NCBI GenBank assembly: GCA_003670745.1 | Contig: QWQR01000002.1 | Span: 1,872-65,871, forward strand | Length of the DNA stretch: 64,000 bases | Direction: 5' to 3' | Origin: Chloroflexota bacterium | GTDB lineage: Bacteria > Chloroflexota > Limnocylindria > Limnocylindrales > Limnocylindraceae | Translations under genes and position numbers: made by a program | Part shown: positions 19,601 through 28,236 of the stretch, one piece after another | Layout: each line of letters begins with the position of its first letter | How positions within the stretch are numbered: the first letter of the stretch is position 1 | Notes under the pieces: model-generated | Database searches by the model: none | What the model was told of the DNA's origin: nothing | Seen by the model: only the letters and a program-made list of their open reading frames with translations

Positions 19601-22095
19601 CCGCCTTCCGCGCCGCGCACGCGGGCGCCGAGGTCCTTGCGCGCCGCGGTGGCAAACGCGTCGAGCGCCGTTTCAACTGCAGCGTCTGCCGCACCGGCGG
19701 ATTCAGGCTGGAAGGTGAAGCGCAGGCCCGCGGAGCGCTCCCCTGCTCCGAGCGATCCGCCGGCGAAGAGATCAAAGAGCTCGACAGAGGTGGCGTTGCC
19801 CACGTGCGTTCGGGCGAGCGCAACGAGCGCGCCGACGGTCACGCCGGCTGGCAGGGCAATCGCCATGTCTCGTTCGATCGGCGGGGTCGGTGCAGGCACG
19901 ATCGCGGAGCGCACCATCGGCGACCCTGACGCAAGCCCACGAATGGCCAGTTCGACGAGAAGGATGCGCGGCGATTCGCGCCACTCTGGTGCCGCAGGGT
20001 GCAGCTCGCCGAGGACGCCGGCGACCAGATCTCCAAAGACGTGAGCCGAGCGGCCTGGGTGCAGCAGTGTCCCCGCCGCGGCGTCAGGGAGCGCCTCGTA
20101 TGCCGGTCGCGCGTCGAGATGCGACGCGACCCCCGCGACCAATCGCTTCACCTCATCGAGATCCCACGCACGCGCAACGCCACCGGGGGCGGCGGGCTCG
20201 ACCTCACCCCAAAGAGCGAGCGAGAGGCGCGTCCATTCGACTGGGCCACCCTGGGATGCGCCATAGCCGCGACCGACCTCAAAGAGCGCCCCTGAGTTCG
20301 CACCGTAGCGAAGGTTCGCATCAACACGATCGAGGAGACTCGGCAGGAGTGAGCGGCGGAGCCGGTCGTGATCTACGGAGAGCGGATTTGCCAAGATCAA
20401 CTCGCCCGCACTGGAGCCGCCAACAGCGCGACCCTCACTCTCGGCCAGCGCGGCAGGGATCGCATCAGCTGGTTCTGCGTAGCGTGCTGAAAGCTGCTCT
20501 GAGACGAGCGCATGGGTGACGACCTCGTGCAGGCCGCGGCCGGCGAGATGCTGGCGAATCACGTCACGCAGCGCGGTAGGTTGCGCTGCGTAGCCAACCG
20601 GGTCACTCCCCGGCAGGTGCGGCGTGAGGCGGTCGTAGCCGTAGAGGCGCGCCACCTCTTCGGCGATGTCTGCCTCGATCTCAAGGTCGCGGCGCCACGT
20701 GGGAACGATCGCTCGGTAGGCGTCGCCCGAAACCTTCACCGAACGCTTCGGTGTGACTGGGACCTCGCTCGCCCCCTTCGCTGGCGTTGCCACCATGCCG
20801 ATGGTGCCGAGGAGTTTCGCCTGGCCCGCGTCGTCAAGATCAATGCCGATCAGGCTTCGCACGCGGCTCGGGCGATAGACAACGCTCCGCTCTGCGGCGT
20901 CGTACGAGGGGGCGCTATCGAGCCGGCCGGCGCGTGCGCTCCCTCCAGCCCACGCTGCGAGCAACGATGCGACGGCGTCGGCGGCGGCTGGGGCAAGTGC
21001 CGACTCTTGGCCGCGCTCGAAGCGATGCGACGCCTCGGAGCGCAGGCTGTGGCGCTGCGCTGAGCGACGCACCGAACCAGGCGCGAAGATCGCGCTCTCA
21101 ATGATGACGCTGCTCGTTGCGGCAGAGACCTCGCTCGACGCCCCACCCATCACCCCAGCGAGGGCGAGGGCGCTCCGCTCGTCAGCCACCACCAGGTCAG
21201 CAGCATCAAGTTCACGCGTCACGTGATCGAGTGTCTCGAGCTGCTCTCCGCGCTTGGCCGCGCGAATTGAGAGGGTCGCACCAACAGCGGAGCGGTCGAA
21301 CGCGTGCGTCGGCTTTCCGAGCTCGAGCATGATGTAGTTCGTCGCGTCGACAACGTTTGACACCGAGCGCATCCCCGCAGCCTTCAGGCGCATCTGCACC
21401 GCATCCGGCGAGGGGGCGACCTTCACCCCATCAACCACGCGCAGGACCACGCGCGGGGCGAGGGCGGCATCGCTGACCTCAAGGGCGAGACCGTCGCCGA
21501 CCTTCGCGCTCGACTCCTGCAGCGCCCGCGCGACGCTGCGCAGCGGTGCGCCGGTGATCGCCGCCACCTCGCGGGCGAGGCCGAGCACCGAGAGGAGATC
21601 GCCACGGTTCGGCTTCACGTCAACATCGATCACGTCGTCGCCGATCCAGTCGACGAGCGGCACGCCAAGCGGCGCCTTGGCGTCGAGAATGAGGATCCCG
21701 TCGCCGTCGTCGGTCGCATTCAACTCGGTCCCCGAGCAGAGCATCCCCTCAGAGGCGACCCCCATCTTCTCGGCGCGCTCAATCAGTCGACCGTCGGGCA
21801 TCTGCGCGCCAACGAGCGCAACGGGGATGCGCTGCCCAGCGGCGATGTTGCGCGCCCCGCAGACAACGTTGAGCACCTCGTCTTTGCCGATGCGCACCTT
21901 GGTGAGCTGCAAGCGGTCGGCGCGCGGGTGGGGTCCGACCTCAAGGAGTTCTCCGATGACAATGTGGTTCCATGTCGCCCCCCAGCGCTCGATGCCGCGC
22001 ACCTCAAGGCCACGCAGCGTCAGCGCGTCGGCGAGCTGCTCTGGGGTGAGCTGTACATCGGTGAACTCGCGGAGCCAGGAGAGCGGCAGCCTCAT
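19597..22095 (-). CDS. pheT: Phenylalanine--tRNA ligase beta subunit
   Basis: N-terminus MRLPLSWLREF; tRNA-binding, B3/B4, B5 and FDX-ACB domains. Confidence 0.95.
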   Translation of the reverse strand: MRLPLSWLREFTDVQLTPEQLADALTLRGLEVRGIERWGATWNHIVIGELLEVGPHPRADRLQLTKVRIGKDEVLNVVCGARNIAAGQRIPVALVGAQMPDGRLIERAEKMGVASEGMLCSGTELNATDDGDGILILDAKAPLGVPLVDWIGDDVIDVDVKPNRGDLLSVLGLAREVAAITGAPLRSVARALQESSAKVGDGLALEVSDAALAPRVVLRVVDGVKVAPSPDAVQMRLKAAGMRSVSNVVDATNYIMLELGKPTHAFDRSAVGATLSIRAAKRGEQLETLDHVTRELDAADLVVADERSALALAGVMGGASSEVSAATSSVIIESAIFAPGSVRRSAQRHSLRSEASHRFERGQESALAPAAADAVASLLAAWAGGSARAGRLDSAPSYDAAERSVVYRPSRVRSLIGIDLDDAGQAKLLGTIGMVATPAKGASEVPVTPKRSVKVSGDAYRAIVPTWRRDLEIEADIAEEVARLYGYDRLTPHLPGSDPVGYAAQPTALRDVIRQHLAGRGLHEVVTHALVSEQLSARYAEPADAIPAALAESEGRAVGGSSAGELILANPLSVDHDRLRRSLLPSLLDRVDANLRYGANSGALFEVGRGYGASQGGPVEWTRLSLALWGEVEPAAPGGVARAWDLDEVKRLVAGVASHLDARPAYEALPDAAAGTLLHPGRSAHVFGDLVAGVLGELHPAAPEWRESPRILLVELAIRGLASGSPMVRSAIVPAPTPPIERDMAIALPAGVTVGALVALARTHVGNATSVELFDLFAGGSLGAGERSAGLRFTFQPESAGAADAAVETALDAFATAARKDLGARVRGAEGG

Positions 22096-23105
22096 CGCAG
22101 CGCCTCCAAGAAACGCACGTCGTCTTCGAGGAAGGCACGCAGGTCCGAGATGCCGTGGCGCAACATTGCGATGCGCTCTACGCCGAGCCCGAAGGCGAAT
22201 CCCTGATGCGTCTCTGGATCAATCCCGCCGTTCTCGAGCACCGTTGGGTGGACCATGCCGGCGCCGAGAATTGTCATCCAGCCATCTTTTGCGCCGCCCC
22301 ACGACACGTCGACGGCGACCGACGGCTCAGTGAACGGGTAGTAGCCGGGGCGGAATCGCGTCTTCGCCTGCGGGCCGAAGAGGCCGCGCGCGAGTTCGTC
22401 GAGGATCCCCTTGAGGTCGGCGAGCGTCGCGCCGCGATCCACGAGCAACCCCTCGACCTGATGGAACTCAAATCCGTGGCTCGCATCGACCGCCTCGTAG
22501 CGGAAGCAGCGGCCAGGAAGGATCACGCGAATTGGCGGCGTCGTTGCGCGCATGGTGCGAATCTGCCCCGGCGAGGTGTGCGTGCGCAGCAGTCGCCCCG
22601 GCTCACGCAAATACAGCGTGTCCCAAAGGTCGCGTGACGGATGATCCTCAGGAATGTTCAGCAGCTGAAAGTTGGTGACGTCATCCTCGATCTCTTGCCC
22701 CTCTGCAACGGTGAAGCCGAAGTTCCCCATGATCCGCGCGATCGCGCCGATCGTTTCGGGGATCGGATGAAGCGAGCCGAGGCGCGGTGCCGGCCCGGGG
22801 GTCGTAGTGTCGATCCGTTCGCGCTCGATACGCGCGGTGAGCTCCGCGGCGCCAACGCTCCCGCGTCGTGCCTCAAGCGCCGCCTCGATTGCGGCGCGCA
22901 CCTCGTTTGCGATCACACCAACCTTTGGTCGATCCTCGGCTGGAAGCCCGCCGATGCCGCGCAACAGGTCGGTGATCGCACCGCGCTTGCCAAGGAGCGA
23001 CGAGCCAAGCTCATCAAGGGAGGCAACGGCCTCAGTGGTGGCGATGTCGCTGAGCGCCTTCTTCTGCAGCCCTCGCAGCTCGACCTCGAGCTCGGCGAGG
23101 TCCAC
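22092..23105 (-). CDS. pheS: Phenylalanine--tRNA ligase alpha subunit
   Basis: Class II motifs (FPFTEPS; GLGVERIAML). Confidence 0.95.
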   Translation of the reverse strand: MDLAELEVELRGLQKKALSDIATTEAVASLDELGSSLLGKRGAITDLLRGIGGLPAEDRPKVGVIANEVRAAIEAALEARRGSVGAAELTARIERERIDTTTPGPAPRLGSLHPIPETIGAIARIMGNFGFTVAEGQEIEDDVTNFQLLNIPEDHPSRDLWDTLYLREPGRLLRTHTSPGQIRTMRATTPPIRVILPGRCFRYEAVDASHGFEFHQVEGLLVDRGATLADLKGILDELARGLFGPQAKTRFRPGYYPFTEPSVAVDVSWGGAKDGWMTILGAGMVHPTVLENGGIDPETHQGFAFGLGVERIAMLRHGISDLRAFLEDDVRFLEALR

Positions 23106-23123
23106 GGTTAACGACCGATCAGG

Positions 23124-23474
23124 TCAGGCGCGCTTCGCGGCGTCCGCTACGGCCGTGAAGGCCGCGGCATCCCGGACGGCGAGGTCGGCCAGGATCTTGC
23201 GATCAATGATGATGTTGTTGCGCTTTAGTCCAGCGATGAACGTCGAGTAGCTGATGCCGTTCAAGCGAGCAGCGGCATTCACGCGGTGGATCCACAGCTC
23301 GCGCATCTGGCGCTTGCGCTGCTTGCGGTCACGGGTGGCGTAGGCGAGCGCGTGAAGGAGCGCCTCGCGCGCCGGTCGAATGAGCTTGGAGCGCGTGCCG
23401 CGTCGGCCCGCCGCATCCTGAAGCAGGCGCTTGTGACGCTTGTGACCGGCTACTCCGCGCTTGACTCGAGCCAT
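23124..23474 (-). CDS. rplT: 50S ribosomal protein L20
   Basis: N-terminus MARVKRGV. Confidence 0.95.
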   Translation of the reverse strand: MARVKRGVAGHKRHKRLLQDAAGRRGTRSKLIRPAREALLHALAYATRDRKQRKRQMRELWIHRVNAAARLNGISYSTFIAGLKRNNIIIDRKILADLAVRDAAAFTAVADAAKRA

Positions 23475-23496
23475 GCTGCCTCCTTAACCGCTTCGC

Positions 23497-23697
23497 TCAG
23501 CCGCCGTACGGCAGCAGGCGGGTGATTTGATTTGCGTGGGTGTTGCCGAGGACCGCCTTGCCAGAGTATCGGCGGATGCGGCGCTGCGACTTGATCTCAA
23601 GGTGGTGACCACGCCAGGACTTCACGCGCATGGGCTTCCCGGTACCCGAGAATCCGATGCGCTTCTGCGCCCCCTTGTGCGTCTTCATCTTCGGCAT
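23497..23697 (-). CDS. rpmI: 50S ribosomal protein L35
   Basis: N-terminus MPKMKTHKGA. Confidence 0.93.
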   Translation of the reverse strand: MPKMKTHKGAQKRIGFSGTGKPMRVKSWRGHHLEIKSQRRIRRYSGKAVLGNTHANQITRLLPYGG

Positions 23698-23699
23698 GA

Positions 23700-24284
23700 C
23701 TACTCCCCCTTGGTGGCTTCGGTGACGGGCTCTGGGGTCTCAGCGGGGTTCCCCCCAGCCTCGTCCCGCGCCCGCGGTCGGCCCAATGGTATCAGTTGGA
23801 TGGAGAGGAAGCGTCCCTCGAGGAGGGAGGGGCGTTCGAGCTGCCCAACCTCGGCCACCCCCTCGATCACCCGGCGGAGGATCCCCTGTCCGATCTCGGG
23901 GTGGGTCATCTCGCGCCCACGGAACTTGACCGAGAACTTGACCCGATCGCCGGCGCCGAGGAACTTCTGGGCCTGGCGGATCTTGGTCTGCAGGTCGGCG
24001 TCGCCGATCTTGGGGGTGCAGCGGAGCTCCTTGAGGTCGGCGGTCTTCTGGCGCTTCCGGGCGTCCTTCTCCTTCTTCTGGAGCTCGTACTTGTACTGCC
24101 CGTAGTTCAGGTATTTAGCAACGGGTGGGGTGGAGGTCGGCGCCACCTCGACAAGATCGAGGCCGCGCTCATGCGCCTGCCGAAGGGCTTCGTTGGTGGG
24201 GAGTACGCCGAGCTGGTTCCCATCTTCATCCAGGACCCGCACCTGCGGGACGCGGATCTGGAGATTGATGCGTAGGTCCTTAAT
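23700..24284 (-). CDS. infC: Translation initiation factor IF-3, apparent ATT (AUU) start codon
   Basis: The conserved IF3 N-terminus IKDLRINLQIRVPQVRVLDEDG continues upstream of the track GTG (24242) to an in-frame ATT at ~24284. That ATT is preceded by GAGGGTG and follows an in-frame stop. Confidence 0.88.
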   Translation of the reverse strand: MKDLRINLQIRVPQVRVLDEDGNQLGVLPTNEALRQAHERGLDLVEVAPTSTPPVAKYLNYGQYKYELQKKEKDARKRQKTADLKELRCTPKIGDADLQTKIRQAQKFLGAGDRVKFSVKFRGREMTHPEIGQGILRRVIEGVAEVGQLERPSLLEGRFLSIQLIPLGRPRARDEAGGNPAETPEPVTEATKGE

Positions 24285-24317
24285 CGGTCACACCCTCACG
24301 GTCGTCTGCAGGTCGCT

Positions 24318-24336
24318 CCACGGAAACCTTCCGTGG
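24318..24336 (-). promoter_or_regulatory. Perfect 8-bp stem / 3-nt loop hairpin in the 160-nt thrS-infC spacer (candidate infC leader element)
   Basis: RNA CCACGGAA-GGU-UUCCGUGG on the minus-strand transcript, ~35 nt upstream of the ATT start. Confidence 0.3.
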
Positions 24337-24445
24337 GGAGCGGCAACCGTACCATCCGCGGCGATCTGCGGCAATTGCAGCGCACGCGAGGGGGCGGGGG
24401 TGAAGAGCGGCCCAGCTGGCAGCGCCGGCAGGAGCGTTGAGTGGG

Positions 24446-26284
24446 TCAGGCGCCCCTCGAAGCGGCGCGGGCGGCGAGTGCCGTTGCGAGCGACTCCCAC
24501 GACTGGGCCGGCTCCTGGGTGCCATCGCGCCAACGCGGCGCCGCCCCACCCGCTTCGATCTCCTTATCGCCGAGGACGAGCATCAGCGGAACCTTCTGCT
24601 CCTGCGCGAGGCGAATCTTGTTCTGCATGCGGTTCGAGGAGTCGTCAATTGAGACGCGGATTCCTGCTGCGCGAAGGGTTGCGGCGCCGGCCTGCGCCGC
24701 CTCGATGTGGCGATCGGTGATCGGGATGATCACAACCTGCTCTGGCGCAAGCCAGAATGGGAAGGCGCCCGCGTAGTGCTCGACAAGGATGCCGATGAAT
24801 CGCTCAAGCGATCCGTAGATCGCACGGTGGATCGCGATTGGGCGTACCCGCTCCCCCGCCTCGTCGACGTACTCAAGGTCAAAGCGCTCCGGGAGCATCG
24901 CGAGGTCGACTTGGATGGTGGCGGTCTGCCACTCCCGACCGAGCGCGTCGCGCACGATGATGTCGATCTTCGGCGCATAGAAGGCGCCGTCGCCAGCATT
25001 CAAGCGCCACTTTGCACCGGAGCGCTTCAGCGCCGATTCAATCATGGCCTCGGCCTTCTCCCAGAGCTTCGGATCGCCGAGCGCCTTTGCGGGCTTCGTC
25101 GAGAAGACGAACTCCACGGGGAGATCGAACCAGCCGTAGACCGTTGCCACCTCGCCAAGGAGCGCGTCGATCTCGCTCTCGATCTGGTCGGGTCGCACGT
25201 AAATATGACCGTCGTCCTGGATGAAGTGGCGCACGCGCGTCAGGCCGCTGAGCGTTCCCGAAAGCTCGTTGCGGTGCAGCCGTCCGTACTCGGCGAGGCG
25301 CAGCGGGAGGTCGCGATAGCTGCGGGTTCGCGTCTTGTAGATAACGGTGCTCTCCGGGCAGTTCATCGGCTTGAGGCTGTACTCCTCGCCCTCTGATTCA
25401 ATGATGAACATGTTCTCGCGATAGAGCTCCCAGTGCCCCGACTGCTCCCAGAGACGCTTGCTCACGATGATCGGCGTTGAGATCTCCTGGTAGCCGCGCG
25501 CATCTTGGAGCTGACGCATCGCACCTTCGAGGGTGCGCCAGAGCAGCTGACCCTTCGGATGCCAGAAGGCGCTTCCGGGCGAGACGTCGTGGAAGGAGAA
25601 GAGATCGAGCGCGACGCCGAGGCGACGATGATCGCGCTTCTTCATCTCCTCGCGGCGCCAGAGGAAGGCGTCGAGCTCCTCTTGGGTCGACCAGGCGGTG
25701 CCGTAGATGCGTTGCAGCATCGGACGATCGTTCTTGCCGCGCCAGTAGGCGCCAGCGACGGAGAGGAGCTTGAACGGCCCGATCTTTCCGGTGCTCTCCA
25801 CGTGTGGCCCGCGGCAGAGGTCCTGGAATTGTCCGTGGCTATAGGTCGTGACGGGCGGGAGCGGCGTTCCGTCGCGCTCAGCCTTCGCCTTCAGATCGTC
25901 GAGGATCTCAATCTTCAGCGGCTGCTCGAAGCCGACGAGTGACGCGCGCGCCTCGTCGAAGGGGTACTCGTCGAGTTTGAAGGTGTGGTCATCGGCGACG
26001 ATCGTCGCCATCGTCGCCTCGATCTGGGCGAGATCGTCGGGGGTGAAGGGCCGCTCTAAAAGGAAGTCGTAGTAGAAGCCATCGGTGATCGCCGGGCCGA
26101 TGCCAAGCTTCACGCCCGGGAAGAGGCGCATCACCGCGTCGGCCATCACATGGGCGGCGGAGTGGCGCATGCGCCCGAGCGGATCGGATGCGCCGGCATC
26201 GAGCATCTCGTCGGCGGAGCCGCGAGCTGGGGCGGCGAGGAGCTCCTCCTCTACGGCGGCGAGCGGCGCTGCCTCGTCGGCCAT
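24446..26284 (-). CDS. thrS: Threonine--tRNA ligase (no N-terminal TGS domain)
   Basis: Second-additional-domain motif HSAAHVMADA...GFYYDF, class II core and anticodon-binding domain present. Start set at ATG 26284 because the track TTG start at 26368 overlaps tRNA-Val. Confidence 0.88.
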   Translation of the reverse strand: MADEAAPLAAVEEELLAAPARGSADEMLDAGASDPLGRMRHSAAHVMADAVMRLFPGVKLGIGPAITDGFYYDFLLERPFTPDDLAQIEATMATIVADDHTFKLDEYPFDEARASLVGFEQPLKIEILDDLKAKAERDGTPLPPVTTYSHGQFQDLCRGPHVESTGKIGPFKLLSVAGAYWRGKNDRPMLQRIYGTAWSTQEELDAFLWRREEMKKRDHRRLGVALDLFSFHDVSPGSAFWHPKGQLLWRTLEGAMRQLQDARGYQEISTPIIVSKRLWEQSGHWELYRENMFIIESEGEEYSLKPMNCPESTVIYKTRTRSYRDLPLRLAEYGRLHRNELSGTLSGLTRVRHFIQDDGHIYVRPDQIESEIDALLGEVATVYGWFDLPVEFVFSTKPAKALGDPKLWEKAEAMIESALKRSGAKWRLNAGDGAFYAPKIDIIVRDALGREWQTATIQVDLAMLPERFDLEYVDEAGERVRPIAIHRAIYGSLERFIGILVEHYAGAFPFWLAPEQVVIIPITDRHIEAAQAGAATLRAAGIRVSIDDSSNRMQNKIRLAQEQKVPLMLVLGDKEIEAGGAAPRWRDGTQEPAQSWESLATALAARAASRGA

Positions 26285-26326
26285 CCTCGTCGCTCCTTTC
26301 GCCCTGGTGCGCCGTAGCGCGTCTGG

Positions 26327-26400
26327 TGGGCGGTACAGGACTCGAACCTGTGACCTCAGCCATGTCAAGGCTGCGCTCTAACCAACTGAGCTAACCGCCC
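26327..26400 (-). tRNA. tRNA-Val (anticodon GAC), 3' CCA encoded (to 26324)
   Basis: Cloverleaf GGGCGGTTAGCTCAGTTGGTTAGAGCGCAGCCTTGACATGGCTGAGGtCACAGGTTCGAGTCCTGTACCGCCCA read from the reverse complement. Confidence 0.85.
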
Positions 26401-26434
26401 GAGGATCTGGAGGATAGCCGATAGACTGCCCGCC

Positions 26435-27322
26435 ATGAGCGATCCCACCCCCTCCCCCCTCATCGTCAGCGTTGGCGACCTCATCGAGGAGATCGCGGTG
26501 CGCCTCGCCGCCCCATGGCGGCGTGGCAGCGACGCGGCCGCTGCGATCACCACCCGGCGGGGCGGCAGCGCGGCGAACGTTGCGGTGGCCGCCGCGGCGG
26601 CGGGTGGACGGGCGCGATTCATCGGTGCAATCGGCGACGACGCGGCAGGCTCGGCGCTTGAGCGCGCCCTCATCGATGCCGGGGTCGAGCCACACCTGCA
26701 GCGCCAAGGGCGCAGCGCACGGATCATCGTGATCGTCGAACCCGATGGCGAGCGAACGATGCTCCCCGACCGCGCGGCGGCGCTCACCCTTTCGATCGCC
26801 GCCAGCCCTGAACCTGCGCTCCTCCATGGAGTCGCACATCTCCATGCCCCCGCCTATTCACTCATCGGTGAACCACTCGCCAGCTCGACGAGGCACCTCT
26901 TCGCCGCCGCCGCAAGCGCTGGGATCTCGACCTCGCTCGACGCCTCGTCGGTCGGCGCACTCGCCGCGTGGGGCCCAGAGGCGAGTCGCGACCACTTCAC
27001 GTCGCTGCAACCAGGGATCCTCTTCGCTAACGAGGAGGAGGCCGACTACCTCGACCTTCTCGCACGTCCACTCCTTGGCGCAACCCTGATCTTGAAGCGT
27101 GGGCCCGGCGAGGCAGAGGTGCGCGACGAGAACGGCGCGATCCTCGCCCGACTCCCCGCCCCGCCGATCGACGGCTGGGTCGACAGCACCGGCGCCGGCG
27201 ACGCGTTTGCCGGCGGACTCCTCGTCGCCCACGCTAGTGGCGCCTCATGGGAGGATGCGCTTGCGGCAGGGCACGCGGCGGCGCGACGACACCTGTTGGC
27301 GCAGCGGGAGGATCAGCGATGA
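26435..27322 (+). CDS. psuK: PfkB-family carbohydrate kinase, probable pseudouridine kinase
   Basis: Ribokinase-like motifs including GAGDAF; 4-nt overlap with the downstream pseudouridine-5'-phosphate glycosidase gene. Confidence 0.65.
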   Translation: MSDPTPSPLIVSVGDLIEEIAVRLAAPWRRGSDAAAAITTRRGGSAANVAVAAAAAGGRARFIGAIGDDAAGSALERALIDAGVEPHLQRQGRSARIIVIVEPDGERTMLPDRAAALTLSIAASPEPALLHGVAHLHAPAYSLIGEPLASSTRHLFAAAASAGISTSLDASSVGALAAWGPEASRDHFTSLQPGILFANEEEADYLDLLARPLLGATLILKRGPGEAEVRDENGAILARLPAPPIDGWVDSTGAGDAFAGGLLVAHASGASWEDALAAGHAAARRHLLAQREDQR

Positions 27323-28236
27323 GTGCACAGCGGTCAGCGGTACGACTCTCGCGCGAGGTGGAGGCGGCGCTCGCCGACGGACGCCCCGTCGTTGCGCTGG
27401 AATCCACGATCACCTCGTCGTTCGGACTCCCCGCCCCGCACAACCGCGACTGCTACGAGCGCGTTGACCGCGCGATCCGCGCCGCGGGGGCGATCCCCGC
27501 GGTGACTGGCGTACTCGACGGGCGCATGATCGCCGGCGTCGAGCAGGAGGAGATCGAGCGCATCCTCGCCGGCGACTGGAAGCTTGCGGAGCGCGACCTT
27601 CCGATCGCCCTTGCCCGCGGCGCGGCGATCGGCGTGAGCACTGTATCGGCGACCGTCGCGATCGCCCACCTTGCTGGGATTCGCACCTTTGCCACCGGTG
27701 GCATCGGCGGCGTGCATCGCGGCGCAGAGACGACCTTCGACATCTCCTCAGACCTGGGCGCCATGGCGCGTCACCCGGTCATCGTCGTGAGTGCTGGCGC
27801 GAAAGCATTCCTCGACCTGCCAAAGACCATCGAGTACCTCGAGACACTCGGCGTCCCCGTCGTTGGTTATCGTTGCAGTGAGTTCCCCGCCTTCTGGAGC
27901 CGCACAAGCGGCATTTCGCTCCCCCACCGCGCGGAGAGCGCTGCGGAGATTGCAGCGATCGCGGCGGCTGCAACGTCGGTCGGCTGGGGTGGCGGAATCC
28001 TTGTCGCCAATCCAATTCCTGCAGACGCAGAGATCCCCGCGGCAGAGATCGCCACGGCGATTGAATCGGGACTCGACGTTGCCGCTCGCGAGGGGGCGAT
28101 TGGCCCTGCGGCGACACCGCGAATCTTGGCGGCAATTGCCGCCGCTACCGCCTCACGATCCATCCCGGCAAACCTCGCACTCGCGGAGTCGAATGCGACG
28201 CTCGCCGCCGAGATCGCCGTCGCCCTAACGCGCTAG
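27319..28236 (+). CDS. psuG: Pseudouridine-5'-phosphate glycosidase
   Basis: YeiN-family motifs PVVALESTI and FATGGIGGVHRGAETTFDIS. Start taken at MSAQRS (27319); the track ORF begins at 27247. Confidence 0.85.
   Translation: MSAQRSAVRLSREVEAALADGRPVVALESTITSSFGLPAPHNRDCYERVDRAIRAAGAIPAVTGVLDGRMIAGVEQEEIERILAGDWKLAERDLPIALARGAAIGVSTVSATVAIAHLAGIRTFATGGIGGVHRGAETTFDISSDLGAMARHPVIVVSAGAKAFLDLPKTIEYLETLGVPVVGYRCSEFPAFWSRTSGISLPHRAESAAEIAAIAAAATSVGWGGGILVANPIPADAEIPAAEIATAIESGLDVAAREGAIGPAATPRILAAIAAATASRSIPANLALAESNATLAAEIAVALTR

Noticed and set aside
26188-26460. ORFs overlapping tRNA-Val (26365-26787, 26085-26381, 26188-26394) and the long TTG-initiated thrS form (to 26368).
   Set aside because: They overlap a confidently folded tRNA; thrS more plausibly starts at ATG 26284.
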